A DNA stretch of 64,000 bases. It comes from an uncultured Eubacteriales bacterium. GTDB taxonomy: Bacteria; Actinomycetota; Coriobacteriia; Anaerosomatales; PHET01. Under the pieces are notes generated by a model. That model was given only the letters and a program-made list of their open reading frames with translations, was not told where the DNA came from and ran no database searches. Below, piece by piece: positions 51,488 through 60,974 of the stretch. The stretch spans positions 5,635-69,634 of the forward strand of contig CAYOHY010000007.1 in NCBI GenBank assembly GCA_964403885.1, given 5' to 3'. How positions within the stretch are numbered: position 1 is the first letter of the stretch; every line of letters starts with the position of its first letter. The translations under genes were made by a program, and so were the position numbers.

Positions 51488-53512
51488 CTACGAGGGGTTC
51501 TCCTGGTTGAGCGCCACGGCGGCCGCCGGACCGCCGGTCACGCCCAGGTAGTTAGCGACCGGAGGCACCCCGAGTGAGGTGCGCAGGCGGTACGGACCCG
51601 CGGCGATCACGGTGGTCAGCCGCGCGTGGGCTCCGGCGAACTCGCTGGCACGCGGGCCGAGGCGCCGCACGAGCGACGCCGGCACCACGAGCACGCTGTC
51701 ATCGAGACGCTCGGTGGGCAGGCTCAGCAGCGGCGTGGCGCCCACCATCCGCTCGGTCTCCTCGGGCAGCGTCAACGCGTCGATGGCGGCGTCACTGCGC
51801 GCGCTCACGACGAGCGGGAGCTCGAACGCCTCCGACAACGTGCGCGCGACAGCCACGGCGATCTGCTGGTCGTAGCGGTCGGCCGATGACGATGCCTTGG
51901 CATCCAGGCCGAGGATGATCTTCGCGGGCTCTGTCGAGCCGAGCCTCACCGCGATGACCGGCACCGGTGACTCGCGGCCCACGCGGTCGAGCTCGCCGCC
52001 GAACACCCTGCTGCCCATGCCCTCGCTGTACATGGGCATGACGACCGCGCTCGCGCGGCGCTCCACGATGGCATCGAGCATCGCGCCCGAGTACGAGGTC
52101 GCATAGCGCACGCGCGCCTCGACGTCCGCACCGTGCGACTCGGCGGCCTTGGTCGCTTCTTTGGCGAGCCGCTCCGCATCCGCGGTCCCCCGGTCGTCGG
52201 CGGTTGCGACGGCCATGGGCATCACGAGCCCGTCGTCGCCCCCTGCGATGGCGGACGCGATCTTCATGTACGGACCCACCGCCGTCTCGCCTGCCAGCCC
52301 CACCAGTACCGATGAGCCCAGGGGCCTGGTGGCGCCGGCCGGGATCTCGATGCGCGCGGCGAACCGCCTTGTGATGAGCGAGCCCATGACGATCGAGGTG
52401 AGCACGATGAAGACCACGGCGTTGACCACCTGGGGCGGCAGCAGCCCGGCCTCGGCCCCCACGAGCGTCGCGGCGAGCGTCGCGGCGGCCTGCGGGATGG
52501 TCATGCCGAACATCATCCCTATCTCGGCGCCGCTGAACTTGAGCCTCTTGCCGGCTATGAACGCCGCGAGCCCCTTGCCTCCCAGGAGCGCGGCGAGGAA
52601 GAGCAGCGCCATCACGATCGTCTGGGGCTGCAGCAACACGGCCGGATCGATCTTGGTGCCCACGTAGACGAGGAACGCGGGCACGAACAGCGCCTCGCCA
52701 AAGAAGTCGATGCGCTCCATGAGCGGACCGCCGTGCGGCGCGAGACGGTTCACGCCCAGACCGGCGAGAAACGCCCCCACCAGCCCTTCGATGCCAAACA
52801 GGTCGGACAGCACGCCCGCGGAGGTGAGCGCGAACAGCATGAACGCGAAGCGCAGCGCCCTGGCCTGGCCGGTGCCGCGGAAGAAGTGCCTGCCCACCCA
52901 CGGCAGCACGATGAAGCAGTACGCGGCCAGCACGACGAGGCCCAACAGCACCGTGCTCAGCACGGCGGCGGGAGAGTCCCCCTCAGCGGTGACCACCGCG
53001 AGCACGATCAACGCGAGGGTGTCGGTGATGATGGTGGCACCGGCGGTGGTCGTGACCGCGCGGCTCGCGCTGAGTCCGGCCTCGCGTACGTCCGGAAGCG
53101 TCACCAGCGTGTGGGAGGCCCAGATAGAGCCGATCAGCGCAGCCGAAGCGAGCGAGAAGCCCAGAATGTAGGAGCCCTCGGCCATGCCGAACAGGAACGG
53201 GAACGTGAACCCCAGCAGGCCGAACATCACCGCGGCGCTGCGGTTCTTCTCGAAAGTGTTCATGTCGATCTCGAGGCCCGCCTGAAACATCAGGTACAGA
53301 AGCCCGATCTGGCCCAGCGGGTCCACCGAACCCTCCGGCAGCCACCCCAACACGTAGGGCCCCAACACCGTACCGGCGAGCACGAAGCCGATGAGCCCCG
53401 GCATCCGCACCCACCCCGCCAGCGTGGGGGCGATCATGATCGCCAGTGCCACGAACGCCAGTATCTCGGTGGAACCGATGTGCCCCTCCACGTGCGCCTC
53501 CCCTAGGTGCAA
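51488..53512 (-). CDS. CPA2-family cation:proton antiporter fused to C-terminal universal-stress-protein-like domains
   Basis: An N-terminal region of about 390 aa with 11-13 TM helices (Na_H_Exchanger-like, GLEID motif region LMFQAGLEIDMN). The C-terminal 270 aa has two alpha/beta Usp-like repeats. Confidence 0.8.
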   Translation of the reverse strand: MHLGEAHVEGHIGSTEILAFVALAIMIAPTLAGWVRMPGLIGFVLAGTVLGPYVLGWLPEGSVDPLGQIGLLYLMFQAGLEIDMNTFEKNRSAAVMFGLLGFTFPFLFGMAEGSYILGFSLASAALIGSIWASHTLVTLPDVREAGLSASRAVTTTAGATIITDTLALIVLAVVTAEGDSPAAVLSTVLLGLVVLAAYCFIVLPWVGRHFFRGTGQARALRFAFMLFALTSAGVLSDLFGIEGLVGAFLAGLGVNRLAPHGGPLMERIDFFGEALFVPAFLVYVGTKIDPAVLLQPQTIVMALLFLAALLGGKGLAAFIAGKRLKFSGAEIGMMFGMTIPQAAATLAATLVGAEAGLLPPQVVNAVVFIVLTSIVMGSLITRRFAARIEIPAGATRPLGSSVLVGLAGETAVGPYMKIASAIAGGDDGLVMPMAVATADDRGTADAERLAKEATKAAESHGADVEARVRYATSYSGAMLDAIVERRASAVVMPMYSEGMGSRVFGGELDRVGRESPVPVIAVRLGSTEPAKIILGLDAKASSSADRYDQQIAVAVARTLSEAFELPLVVSARSDAAIDALTLPEETERMVGATPLLSLPTERLDDSVLVVPASLVRRLGPRASEFAGAHARLTTVIAAGPYRLRTSLGVPPVANYLGVTGGPAAAVALNQENPS

Positions 53513-53567
53513 GCAGTCATTCGGAAACCATCACGGGTGCCGGCGGAGGGCACCTCAGGTGCAATCC

Positions 53568-54416
53568 CTACTTCTCGGCGGTCGCCGCGTGCGCTGAGAC
53601 CCACGCCGCTATGTCGGCCGCGACCTTGTCGTGACCGATGTCGTTGTGGGGCTCGTGGTGCGCGCCCTCGTAGACCTTGAGAGTCTTGTCCTCACAGGGA
53701 ACGGCTTCGTAGAGCTCGTGTGCGCCGGAGAGCAGGTTGAGCGGGTCCTCCTCGCCGTGCACCACGAGGATCGGCAGCTCGACACGGCGCATGCCCGCCT
53801 TGATGCGCTCGACCGTCTCGAGGCACTGCGCGCCCCAGCGCACGGTGGCCTTGGGGGCGATCAGCTCATCGGCATGGTAGGCCGCGAGCGCCTCGGGGTC
53901 CCTCGTGAGCGACTCGGGCTCGATGCCCAGGCTCACGGCGAGCGTGGGCGTCACGCCGGACAACATCTTCGCGAGCGCGATCAGGTACGGCTTGCTCACG
54001 CCGGCCGGCTCGAGCGCCACGCCGCTGATGATGGCACCCGTGAGGCCGTCTTGGCTGTGAAGCAGGTAGTCGAGCACCACGAGCGACCCCATGGAGTGCC
54101 CGTAGACCACGACCGGCACGCCGGGCGTGTCGCGCGCGACGAGATCGAGGAAGGTGCCCAGGTCCTCTCGGTACTCTGACCAGTCATTGATGTGCACGCG
54201 CCGCCCTTCCGAGCGACCGTGACCGCGATGGTCGTAGCCGTAGACCGCGTGACCGGAGGCCACCAGCGGACCCACCACATTCATGTAGCGCCCGCTGTGC
54301 TCCCCCACGCCGTGAACGAGCACCACGACAGCCGAGGGCTCGGAATCGGGCAACCACTCCTGGCGGTAGAGCTCAAGCCCGCCCGCGCCGGCGAACCGGC
54401 CATCCTGATGTCGCAT
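53568..54416 (-). CDS. Alpha/beta hydrolase (lysophospholipase/monoacylglycerol lipase-like)
   Basis: HGVGEHSGRY, nucleophile elbow GHSMGS, and a C-terminal HEPHND region. Confidence 0.8.
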   Translation of the reverse strand: MRHQDGRFAGAGGLELYRQEWLPDSEPSAVVVLVHGVGEHSGRYMNVVGPLVASGHAVYGYDHRGHGRSEGRRVHINDWSEYREDLGTFLDLVARDTPGVPVVVYGHSMGSLVVLDYLLHSQDGLTGAIISGVALEPAGVSKPYLIALAKMLSGVTPTLAVSLGIEPESLTRDPEALAAYHADELIAPKATVRWGAQCLETVERIKAGMRRVELPILVVHGEEDPLNLLSGAHELYEAVPCEDKTLKVYEGAHHEPHNDIGHDKVAADIAAWVSAHAATAEK

Positions 54417-54474
54417 CGCGCACTCCCCCGTGTCCGCAGACGTTCACAGTGGGATTATGCGCCAACCGCGCGGG

Positions 54475-54831
54475 CTACGCCTTCTTGACGAACTCCGACT
54501 TCAGAGACATCGCGCCCACCCCGTCGACCTTGCAGTCGATGTTGTGATCGCCTTCGACCAGGCGGATGTTGCGGACCTTCGTGCCCACCTTGACCACCGA
54601 GGACGAGCCCTTGACCTTGAGGTCCTTGATGACCGTGACCGAGTCGCCGTCGGCGAGCACGTTGCCGTTCACGTCACGCACGACCAGTCCCTCGGCCGCG
54701 CCGGATGTGCCGATGGGCCACTCGTGCGCGCACTCGGGGCACACGTGCAGGTTGCCGTCATCGTAGACGTACTCGGAGCCGCACAGGGGGCAGGCGGGAG
54801 TCTCACTCAAGGGATCACCGTGTTTCCGCAC
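54475..54831 (-). CDS. PhnA/YjdM zinc-ribbon protein
   Basis: [25 protein letters not shown] zinc ribbon plus a C-terminal SH3-like PhnA domain ([18 protein letters not shown]). Confidence 0.85.
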   Translation of the reverse strand: MRKHGDPLSETPACPLCGSEYVYDDGNLHVCPECAHEWPIGTSGAAEGLVVRDVNGNVLADGDSVTVIKDLKVKGSSSVVKVGTKVRNIRLVEGDHNIDCKVDGVGAMSLKSEFVKKA

Positions 54832-54917
54832 AAGGCATCGTCGTCGAAGCGGCCGTGGCCGCCCGTGGATGATAGCGATTCCTCCGCGCTCGCGATACGG
54901 CGAATGTGAAGAGCGGG

Positions 54918-55331
54918 CTACTCGGCGGCGCGAAGGCGAAAGGCCGACCAGGTCTCATCGATGCCCAAGATGCCGAGCGGCCTGAGCCCCAGCTGCTCGG
55001 CCACCGCCCAGATGCTGTCGCGGTTCATGTCGAACCCGGCGGCCTTCGAGCCCTTGCGGAAGAAGACCCACAGTGCCGCCTTGGGAGCGAGCGACTGCAC
55101 CGCGGGCGGCATCTGCGCCACGAGCTCCGCGCTCGTGGTGACGAACAGGAACACCAGCTGTGCCTCTGAGGGGTCGACGAAGGCCGTGTCGTCCGGCAGG
55201 CCCAGTGACTCGACGACGCCGGGCACGGGGTTCAGCACCGCGACGGTGACGCCGGGCTTGATGCGCGCCTTCTCGGCGACGGTCTTCTCGGTCACGGCTG
55301 GCTCCCGTCGGTCGCGGTCGGTTCCTGCCAA
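54918..55331 (-). CDS. DUF3052-like protein
   Basis: Pattern ...[10 protein letters not shown]...[12 protein letters not shown]...[19 protein letters not shown]...[12 protein letters not shown], recalled from DUF3052 members. Confidence 0.5.
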   Translation of the reverse strand: MAGTDRDRREPAVTEKTVAEKARIKPGVTVAVLNPVPGVVESLGLPDDTAFVDPSEAQLVFLFVTTSAELVAQMPPAVQSLAPKAALWVFFRKGSKAAGFDMNRDSIWAVAEQLGLRPLGILGIDETWSAFRLRAAE

Positions 55332-55365
55332 GGTTGTACCCCTTGCGCGGCCTCACGGGCGAGCG

Positions 55366-55632
55366 CTACAACGTCGCCCACAGCACGCCGAGGAACACGA
55401 GGTTCGCAGCGACGGTGAACCAGAACATGATCCGGAATGACCGCTTGCGCGTCTTGTGGTGAAACACCTGCTGAGCGACCAGCCCACCCGGCCATCCGCC
55501 GGCGAGATCGAGCAGGTGCAGGGTCGCTTCGGGCATGCGCCATGAGTGGCGGCGGGCCGCGCGCTTGTCGAGCCCGTAGACACAGAACGTGACGAAGCTC
55601 ATGACGAGGTAGACGACGATGATGCCCTTCAC
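55366..55632 (-). CDS. DUF1294 membrane protein
   Basis: YGLDKRAARRHSWRMPEATLHLLDLAGGWPGGLVAQQVFHHKTRK is the DUF1294 signature. 88 aa. Confidence 0.8.
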   Translation of the reverse strand: MKGIIVVYLVMSFVTFCVYGLDKRAARRHSWRMPEATLHLLDLAGGWPGGLVAQQVFHHKTRKRSFRIMFWFTVAANLVFLGVLWATL

Positions 55633-55784
55633 CGGTGACGCTCGAGGCTCATGAGCAGGAGTGACGCCGGGAGCCGGGGCGGGCGCGGTGATGGGACCGA
55701 TCGAGCACCGCCTGATCTCGCCACGTCGTCCACCGCCCTCTTTGCACGTCCCGCCGATTCACCCATCGTACCCGAGGCGCAGCG

Positions 55785-56417
55785 CTAGTTGCTGATCGAG
55801 ATCGTCTCGCGAAGGTGATCCGAGGACACCGCAAGCGCCAGCAGGTAGTGAGCCACGCTCGTCCGCGAGACCAACACGCCCACCTCGCGGCGACCGTAGT
55901 GACCCACTCTCACCGACTGTGCGCCGCGGTCGTCGAGGAGCCCCACGCGCACGAGGGTCCAATCCGTGTCCGACGAGCGGACCACCTCCCCGATGCGGAC
56001 CGTCTCGCGGTAGGCACGGCGAAACACCACCCTGATGGATGCGACGAGCCATGCGAAGCGCAGATCGGGCAGGTCGGCCTCGTCGGCGACACTGGCAGTG
56101 GACAGCACGACCAGGCGTCGCACCCCGTGTCGCTCCATGGCGGCGACGATTCCCGAGACACCCTCGCTCAACTCGGTGCCGCGGGGGCGGACGCCGGCGC
56201 CCAGCGCGCTCACGACGGCGTCGACATCGGACACGGCGCGGTCGACCGCGGGGGCGTCGGAGAGCTCGGCTCCGATGATCGTCAGCCGGTCGTGACGCAG
56301 GTCCGCGAGCTTCTTGGGGCTGCGCGTGAAGGCGGTCACCTGGTGCCCGTCGTGCAGTGCCCTCATGATCACGAGCCGGCCGGTACGTCCCGACGCCCCA
56401 AAGACCGCTAGCTTCAC
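55785..56417 (-). CDS. NAD(P)H-binding SDR-like protein (NmrA/flavin-reductase-like)
   Basis: MKLAVFGASGRTGRLV Rossmann motif. 210 aa. Confidence 0.8.
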   Translation of the reverse strand: MKLAVFGASGRTGRLVIMRALHDGHQVTAFTRSPKKLADLRHDRLTIIGAELSDAPAVDRAVSDVDAVVSALGAGVRPRGTELSEGVSGIVAAMERHGVRRLVVLSTASVADEADLPDLRFAWLVASIRVVFRRAYRETVRIGEVVRSSDTDWTLVRVGLLDDRGAQSVRVGHYGRREVGVLVSRTSVAHYLLALAVSSDHLRETISISN

Positions 56418-56443
56418 GCCCGGCCCGCCTTCCCGCCCGGCGC

Positions 56444-57301
56444 CTACGCCATGCGCTGTACGCCGATGCCGATGAGCCCCGGCCCGGTGTGCACGACGAG
56501 GGCGGGTGTGATCTGGCCCTCAACGGCGATGTGGAAGTCCGGAAGCGCGGCCTTGAGGCGTGCCATCAGCTCGTCGGCCTCTTCCTGTGCCGCGCCGTGC
56601 ATGACCGTGATGCTGTACTCCTTGGCGCCGGCCGCGAACTCGACCGCCTTCTCAAGGGCGAGCTGGAGCGACTTCTTGCGCCCCCGAGCCTTGGCGACCG
56701 TGTGGTAGATGCCGTCCTTGTTGCACGAGATGACCGGCTTGAGGTCGAGGATCGATCCCACCATGCCGGCGACAAGCCCGATGCGACCGCCCTTGATCAG
56801 GTACTCGAGGGTCGACACGCAGAAGAACAGCCTCGTATCACGCGCGGCCTGCTCCACCCGCGCGCATACCTCCTCGAACGGGAGGCCTTGTGCGATGAGC
56901 TCCCCCGCGCGGATCGCGGTGAGCCCGCTGCCGATGCCGATGTTCTTGGTGTCGACGTAGTACGCCTCAAGCCCCTCGGGTGCGGGACCAAAGCCACTGA
57001 CCATCTCGAAGGTGCCGCTGAGCCCACTCGAGATGATGACGGCGATCACCTTGTCGTAGCCGTCCGCCTTGATCTGCTTGAACAGATCGGCGACGGTCGC
57101 GGGACTGGGAAGCGACGTCGAGGGGATCTCTTGAGCGAAGCGGTCGAAGACGTCCTGCGGCTGGATATCGATGCCGTCTCGATACTCGGCGTCTTTGTAG
57201 ATGATGGTGAGAGGCGCGACGTACATGTGGTACTTGTCACGGAGCTCCTTGGGCACGTCCGTGCACGAGTCGACCAGCAGCGCGATCTTGGAGTCAGTCA
57301 T
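56444..57301 (-). CDS. DegV-family fatty-acid-binding protein
   Basis: IALLVDSCTDVP, SGLSGTFE and LEYLIKGGRIG motifs. Start at ATG 57301; the track start is an extension. Confidence 0.85.
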   Translation of the reverse strand: MTDSKIALLVDSCTDVPKELRDKYHMYVAPLTIIYKDAEYRDGIDIQPQDVFDRFAQEIPSTSLPSPATVADLFKQIKADGYDKVIAVIISSGLSGTFEMVSGFGPAPEGLEAYYVDTKNIGIGSGLTAIRAGELIAQGLPFEEVCARVEQAARDTRLFFCVSTLEYLIKGGRIGLVAGMVGSILDLKPVISCNKDGIYHTVAKARGRKKSLQLALEKAVEFAAGAKEYSITVMHGAAQEEADELMARLKAALPDFHIAVEGQITPALVVHTGPGLIGIGVQRMA

Positions 57302-57489
57302 CTTGTCCCTGTCCGTGTCCGGTCCGACGAATCTGGCGACGCCCACGAGCCGCGGGAGAGTGTGGATCGGACGACTCCCCCAAGACGCCGCTTCGCATAC
57401 GACCTCGGCCAAGCGCGAACCTGACCAAACAGTCTAGTTACAGGATACGACAAACAGCCCAGCCTGCCGAAGGTGTCCGAGGGCGGCGC

Positions 57490-57666
57490 TCAGTCCAGAT
57501 CGCGTCCGCGCGGTACGCGTCGCGTGGTGCCCGTGGTCGACCACAGCTTGCGGGCCGTACCTCCCATGGGATCGTGCTTGCGTCCCCAGCGGTCCATCAA
57601 GAGGTAGAGCACCAGAAACGAGACCGCAGGAATCACTGTGATGATGAACAACCCGACCAGTTCCAT
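57490..57666 (-). CDS. Small hypothetical single-TM protein (58 aa)
   Basis: MELVGLFIITVIPAVSFLVLYLLMDRWGRKHDP..., with a G-rich RBS upstream of ATG 57666. No homology recognised. Confidence 0.3.
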   Translation of the reverse strand: MELVGLFIITVIPAVSFLVLYLLMDRWGRKHDPMGGTARKLWSTTGTTRRVPRGRDLD

Positions 57667-57762
57667 GTCCTCGGCCCCCTCGTCGCACGACGCCGATGAG
57701 AGTGTTCCACCATCAGCGCCCGATTCCACCGTTCAAGCGGGCGTGAGAGCTGCCAGATCGGT

Positions 57763-58467
57763 TCACTGATAGGTTCGGCCACCGTGCTTCAGCCATCCTG
57801 CGACGTGCTTGCCCGCGGGGTCGCGATGGGTCCAGTGCACCACGCCACCTTGGGAGTTCCACTCGTACTCTCCCTTGAATCCCACCGAGTCACCAGCCGC
57901 AAGTCCCACGATCCTGGGAGCGAGGTCTATGTTGTGGGCGATGAGGAGCGTCTGCCCACTGGCGAGGCGCACGATGAATCGCTGGTGTGCCGATCCATCG
58001 CTGTCATCGGGAAGCACCCGCTCCACCACGCCGGCGCCCACGACTTCCACGCCGCTTGTGCCGTTTCGGTAGGCCTGCGCGATCGCGTCATCGCTGCTGG
58101 TGGCCGCTTTCCCGCCCGACGAACCGGCAGGCGCGTCGACCTCAGGGGACGCAAGGCCCGGGTTGCGCTCCTTGAGCGTCTTGCCCCGCAGCACGGGCTT
58201 CTCGGCGACCGGTGCGACGCTGGTCGACTCGACCACGGTTGCGGAGCGCTCAACCGAGACGGCGGGCGCATTCACGCGCATGACGCTCGTCACGGCGACC
58301 GCTGCACCGCCGATTATCACGGCGGCCAGCAGCGCCGCTCCGACCACGACGACGAGCCCGGGGTTGACGGTCCCGGACTCGGCGGAGATGTGCGACGCAG
58401 TAGAACGACGAACGGGCACCACGGCAACCTCTTCTTCGATAGGGATCCAGCATCGGCAGCCGCCCAT
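57763..58467 (-). CDS. DUF3465-domain protein with N-terminal TM anchor
   Basis: C-terminal GSAHQRFIVRLASGQTLLIAHNIDLAPRI...GEYEWNSQGGVVHWTHRDP is the DUF3465 signature. Start set at ATG 58467; the start is uncertain. Confidence 0.7.
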   Translation of the reverse strand: MGGCRCWIPIEEEVAVVPVRRSTASHISAESGTVNPGLVVVVGAALLAAVIIGGAAVAVTSVMRVNAPAVSVERSATVVESTSVAPVAEKPVLRGKTLKERNPGLASPEVDAPAGSSGGKAATSSDDAIAQAYRNGTSGVEVVGAGVVERVLPDDSDGSAHQRFIVRLASGQTLLIAHNIDLAPRIVGLAAGDSVGFKGEYEWNSQGGVVHWTHRDPAGKHVAGWLKHGGRTYQ

Positions 58468-58532
58468 GGCAGCGCCACGAATCCTAACGGCCCTGACTCC
58501 ACCCACAGACACGCTCAGCCCCACCCGCGCGA

Positions 58533-59057
58533 TCAGAATCCCGGCGGTGTGGTGAAGAACGGCATGGGGGTCTTGAGAGAGAACGACAGGTAGCTCACCA
58601 GCGCACAGACGAACACGAGCACGACCAGTGCCTTCATCGCGGGCCGCATCTCGACGCCCTCGAACAGCTCCTCCATGCGCAGCGCAAGGTAGATGCCTGC
58701 GAACGTCGCCACGTTTGCGTAGACCAGCTCGACGGCGAGGTTGGGCATCCTGAGCCCCAGGGCCTCGGCCACGAACCACAGGGTGATCGTGAGCCAGGGA
58801 TAGGCCACGGCGATCAACGCTCGTGAGTAGACGAACCCGCTCACAGATGACAGCGCCTTGCGCCGCACCACCAGCTCGACCGCAGTGACGACGATGTAGG
58901 CGAAGAAGAGCATCTTCATATGGAAGAACGTCGTCTCACCCTCCTCGCCGATCAGCTTGAACAGCAGATTAGGGAAGGTCTCGTACGAGAAGTGAAGCGC
59001 CAGGAACAGCAGCCACGTGGCTGCCAGCTTCCACCACGCAAGTCGCGGACGGTCCAT
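58533..59057 (-). CDS. Integral membrane protein of unknown function (5-6 TM)
   Basis: Hydrophobic periodicity, with lower-GC and Phe/Lys-containing composition (HFSYETFPNLLFKLIGEEGETTFFHMKMLFFAY). Confidence 0.6.
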   Translation of the reverse strand: MDRPRLAWWKLAATWLLFLALHFSYETFPNLLFKLIGEEGETTFFHMKMLFFAYIVVTAVELVVRRKALSSVSGFVYSRALIAVAYPWLTITLWFVAEALGLRMPNLAVELVYANVATFAGIYLALRMEELFEGVEMRPAMKALVVLVFVCALVSYLSFSLKTPMPFFTTPPGF

Positions 59058-59331
59058 CGCCGACTACCTCCCCTGAGTCAGACTTCTTTCGGCTGAGCAT
59101 GCCGCGTCCGGAAAGCACGAGCGTGCGTCAGATGACGAGCGTGACCTTGCCCCCGGCGTGGTCCCGCCCGTGGTGCGACCCTTCGTCGCACATCTCAATC
59201 CATCCTAGGGGTTAGCGCGCGGCAACTCCACCGCAGGCACCAGCGCGGAGTGGGGCCTAGCTGTCAGCGTTCCCTCGCCTCTGTTTGAGCGGTGCGCGCA
59301 AAGGAACAATGGTGATGAAGGAGGTTGACAC

Positions 59332-59796
59332 ATGTCCACACCGGTCGATTTCACGAGCGTATCCCTCGAGGGTCTCGAGTCGTCGCCCGTAGCCGAGGCC
59401 CTTGCGGGGCTGAGAGCCAACGAGGCGCGCTACTACATGAACAAGTACAAGCACGAGTTTCGCGTGGAGGCTGCCGAGGACAGTCAGGACACGGTCGACT
59501 ACGTCAGCCGAATCCTCGACCAAGAACGTGGCATCACCATCCACGCGCGACCGCTGCAGACATCGAGGTTCCAGGTAGAGAACCTCAAGATGGCCTACGT
59601 CTTCTACGAAGACGGCCTGTCGATCAACGTCATGTATTCGGTGGACGACCCCAAGAAGCGGGCGGTGGGCTTCAAGCTCTCTGACGGCATGGAGGTGCCC
59701 GAGGAACTTGCCGACCGGTTCAAGTTCGCGAGGCAGAAGTCCAAGCTTGCCGGCACGATCCGAGGCTCGTTCTTCGTCATCAAAGGCGAGTACTAG
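59332..59796 (+). CDS. Hypothetical protein, no recognised domain
   Basis: Strong RBS (GAAGGAGG, 7 nt spacing) before the ATG. Coding-like composition, but Lys/Tyr/Phe-richer and visibly lower GC than its neighbours. 154 aa. Confidence 0.6.
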   Translation: MSTPVDFTSVSLEGLESSPVAEALAGLRANEARYYMNKYKHEFRVEAAEDSQDTVDYVSRILDQERGITIHARPLQTSRFQVENLKMAYVFYEDGLSINVMYSVDDPKKRAVGFKLSDGMEVPEELADRFKFARQKSKLAGTIRGSFFVIKGEY

Positions 59797-59856
59797 AAGG
59801 CGGGCGGATCGGGGACCTCGATACGCCGCTGAGCCACGCGCTCCAACGGGCACGCC

Positions 59857-60369
59857 TCAGCAGTCGAACGCCCACCAGCAGAGGTGGTTTCGCAGCCTCT
59901 GGTCATCCAAGACGAGCTCACGGATCGCATCCGGCAGCTGTTCGCGCTGCCAGACACATTCGAGCCTGCCCGCATGCTCGCCCTCACCGGGAGGAGCGGC
60001 CGCGCGCACGGCCTTGATCGCGTAGGCGGCTGCACCCAGCTCATGCGCGGCCACGTGCGACACAGCCACCGCCTGTCCGGCCGCATACGCTGCGAATCGA
60101 GGTGCGCCCGTCAGGTCGCGCGCCGCTGCGTTGGCGCCTGCGGCCGCACGCGCCTGAGACATGGTCATCTCGCCGCGCGCCCACGCGCGCGTGCTCGCAA
60201 TGGTGCGTCGTGGCCGCGGATCGTCGGGGCGAGCATCCTCGAACAGGTGCAGCACGTGCTCAGCGCAGTCGGCAGCCCACAGGGCCAAGAGCCGATGATC
60301 CGCATCGGTCAGCGTGCCCCCGCGTCGGATGGTGATGAAACGCGGATCTCGCTCCTTGGGCAGGATCAC
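59857..60369 (-). CDS. Conserved actinobacterial hypothetical protein, Imm-5-like putative immunity protein family (from memory)
   Basis: KERDPRFITIRRGGTLTDADHRLLALWAADCAEHVL...ELVLDDQRLRN pattern recalled from Streptomyces homologs. GTG 60369 has AAGGGGAG upstream. Confidence 0.55.
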   Translation of the reverse strand: MILPKERDPRFITIRRGGTLTDADHRLLALWAADCAEHVLHLFEDARPDDPRPRRTIASTRAWARGEMTMSQARAAAGANAAARDLTGAPRFAAYAAGQAVAVSHVAAHELGAAAYAIKAVRAAAPPGEGEHAGRLECVWQREQLPDAIRELVLDDQRLRNHLCWWAFDC

Positions 60370-60383
60370 GACTCCCCTTTCGC

Positions 60384-60884
60384 TCAGTCGACCGGTATGT
60401 CGAAATGGAAGACGTCGTCCTCCCGAACGCCGAGTCTCTCGTAGAGCGCCAGTGCCGGGGCATCCACCGCATCCGCCTGCACGAAGATGACCCAACCGCC
60501 CCGCGCTCGTGCGATGGGCTTCAAGGCATCGATCAGCGCCGTCGCGATGCCGTGCCTCCGGTACGGTGCGATCACTGCGAGATCATAGATGTAGAACTCG
60601 CTACGCGCCTGCTCGAACTTGCGCAGCTCGTACGCGACCAGGCCACCAACGACGGTGCCATCCACAACGGCGCTCAGTGCGACGAATGTCGGATCGTCGA
60701 GCAGACCGATCAGGTAGTCGTCGCTCGGCTCATCTGCGAGATAGGTCTCGTCGTCCTCGAACGCAAGGGCAAAACAGCGCAGCATGCCGCGCATCGTGCC
60801 CACGTCGTCCGCGCCTAGTCTGCGCACCTCGTAGCCGGTCGCTGAGTCCATCCGATCACCGCCTCGCGAGTCACTGATCGCCAT
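60384..60884 (-). CDS. aac(3)-I: GNAT aminoglycoside N(3)-acetyltransferase, AAC(3)-I-like
   Basis: LVAYELRKFEQARSEFYIYDLAVIAPYRRHGIATALIDALKPIARARGGWVIFVQADAVDAPALALYERLGVREDDVFHFDI is colinear with AAC(3)-Ia as I recall it (...[20 protein letters not shown]...RRQGIATALI...[31 protein letters not shown]). The start is 60884 or 60851. Confidence 0.8.
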   Translation of the reverse strand: MAISDSRGGDRMDSATGYEVRRLGADDVGTMRGMLRCFALAFEDDETYLADEPSDDYLIGLLDDPTFVALSAVVDGTVVGGLVAYELRKFEQARSEFYIYDLAVIAPYRRHGIATALIDALKPIARARGGWVIFVQADAVDAPALALYERLGVREDDVFHFDIPVD

Positions 60885-60974
60885 CCGATCACCCTACCCC
60901 AGCGAACGCCACATTCGCATCGTCGCCCCACGGCGTCGGCTACAATGTCCGCGCAGTCGACCAGGGAGGCCCTC

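Noticed and set aside
59128-59193. A 21-codon minus-strand ORF (MCDEGSHHGRDHAGGKVTLVI), rich in His/Cys/Asp, in the gap upstream of the membrane protein gene.
   Set aside because: There is no convincing RBS (only GGATGGA). It is too short to assess. It could arise by chance, so it is not reported as a feature.
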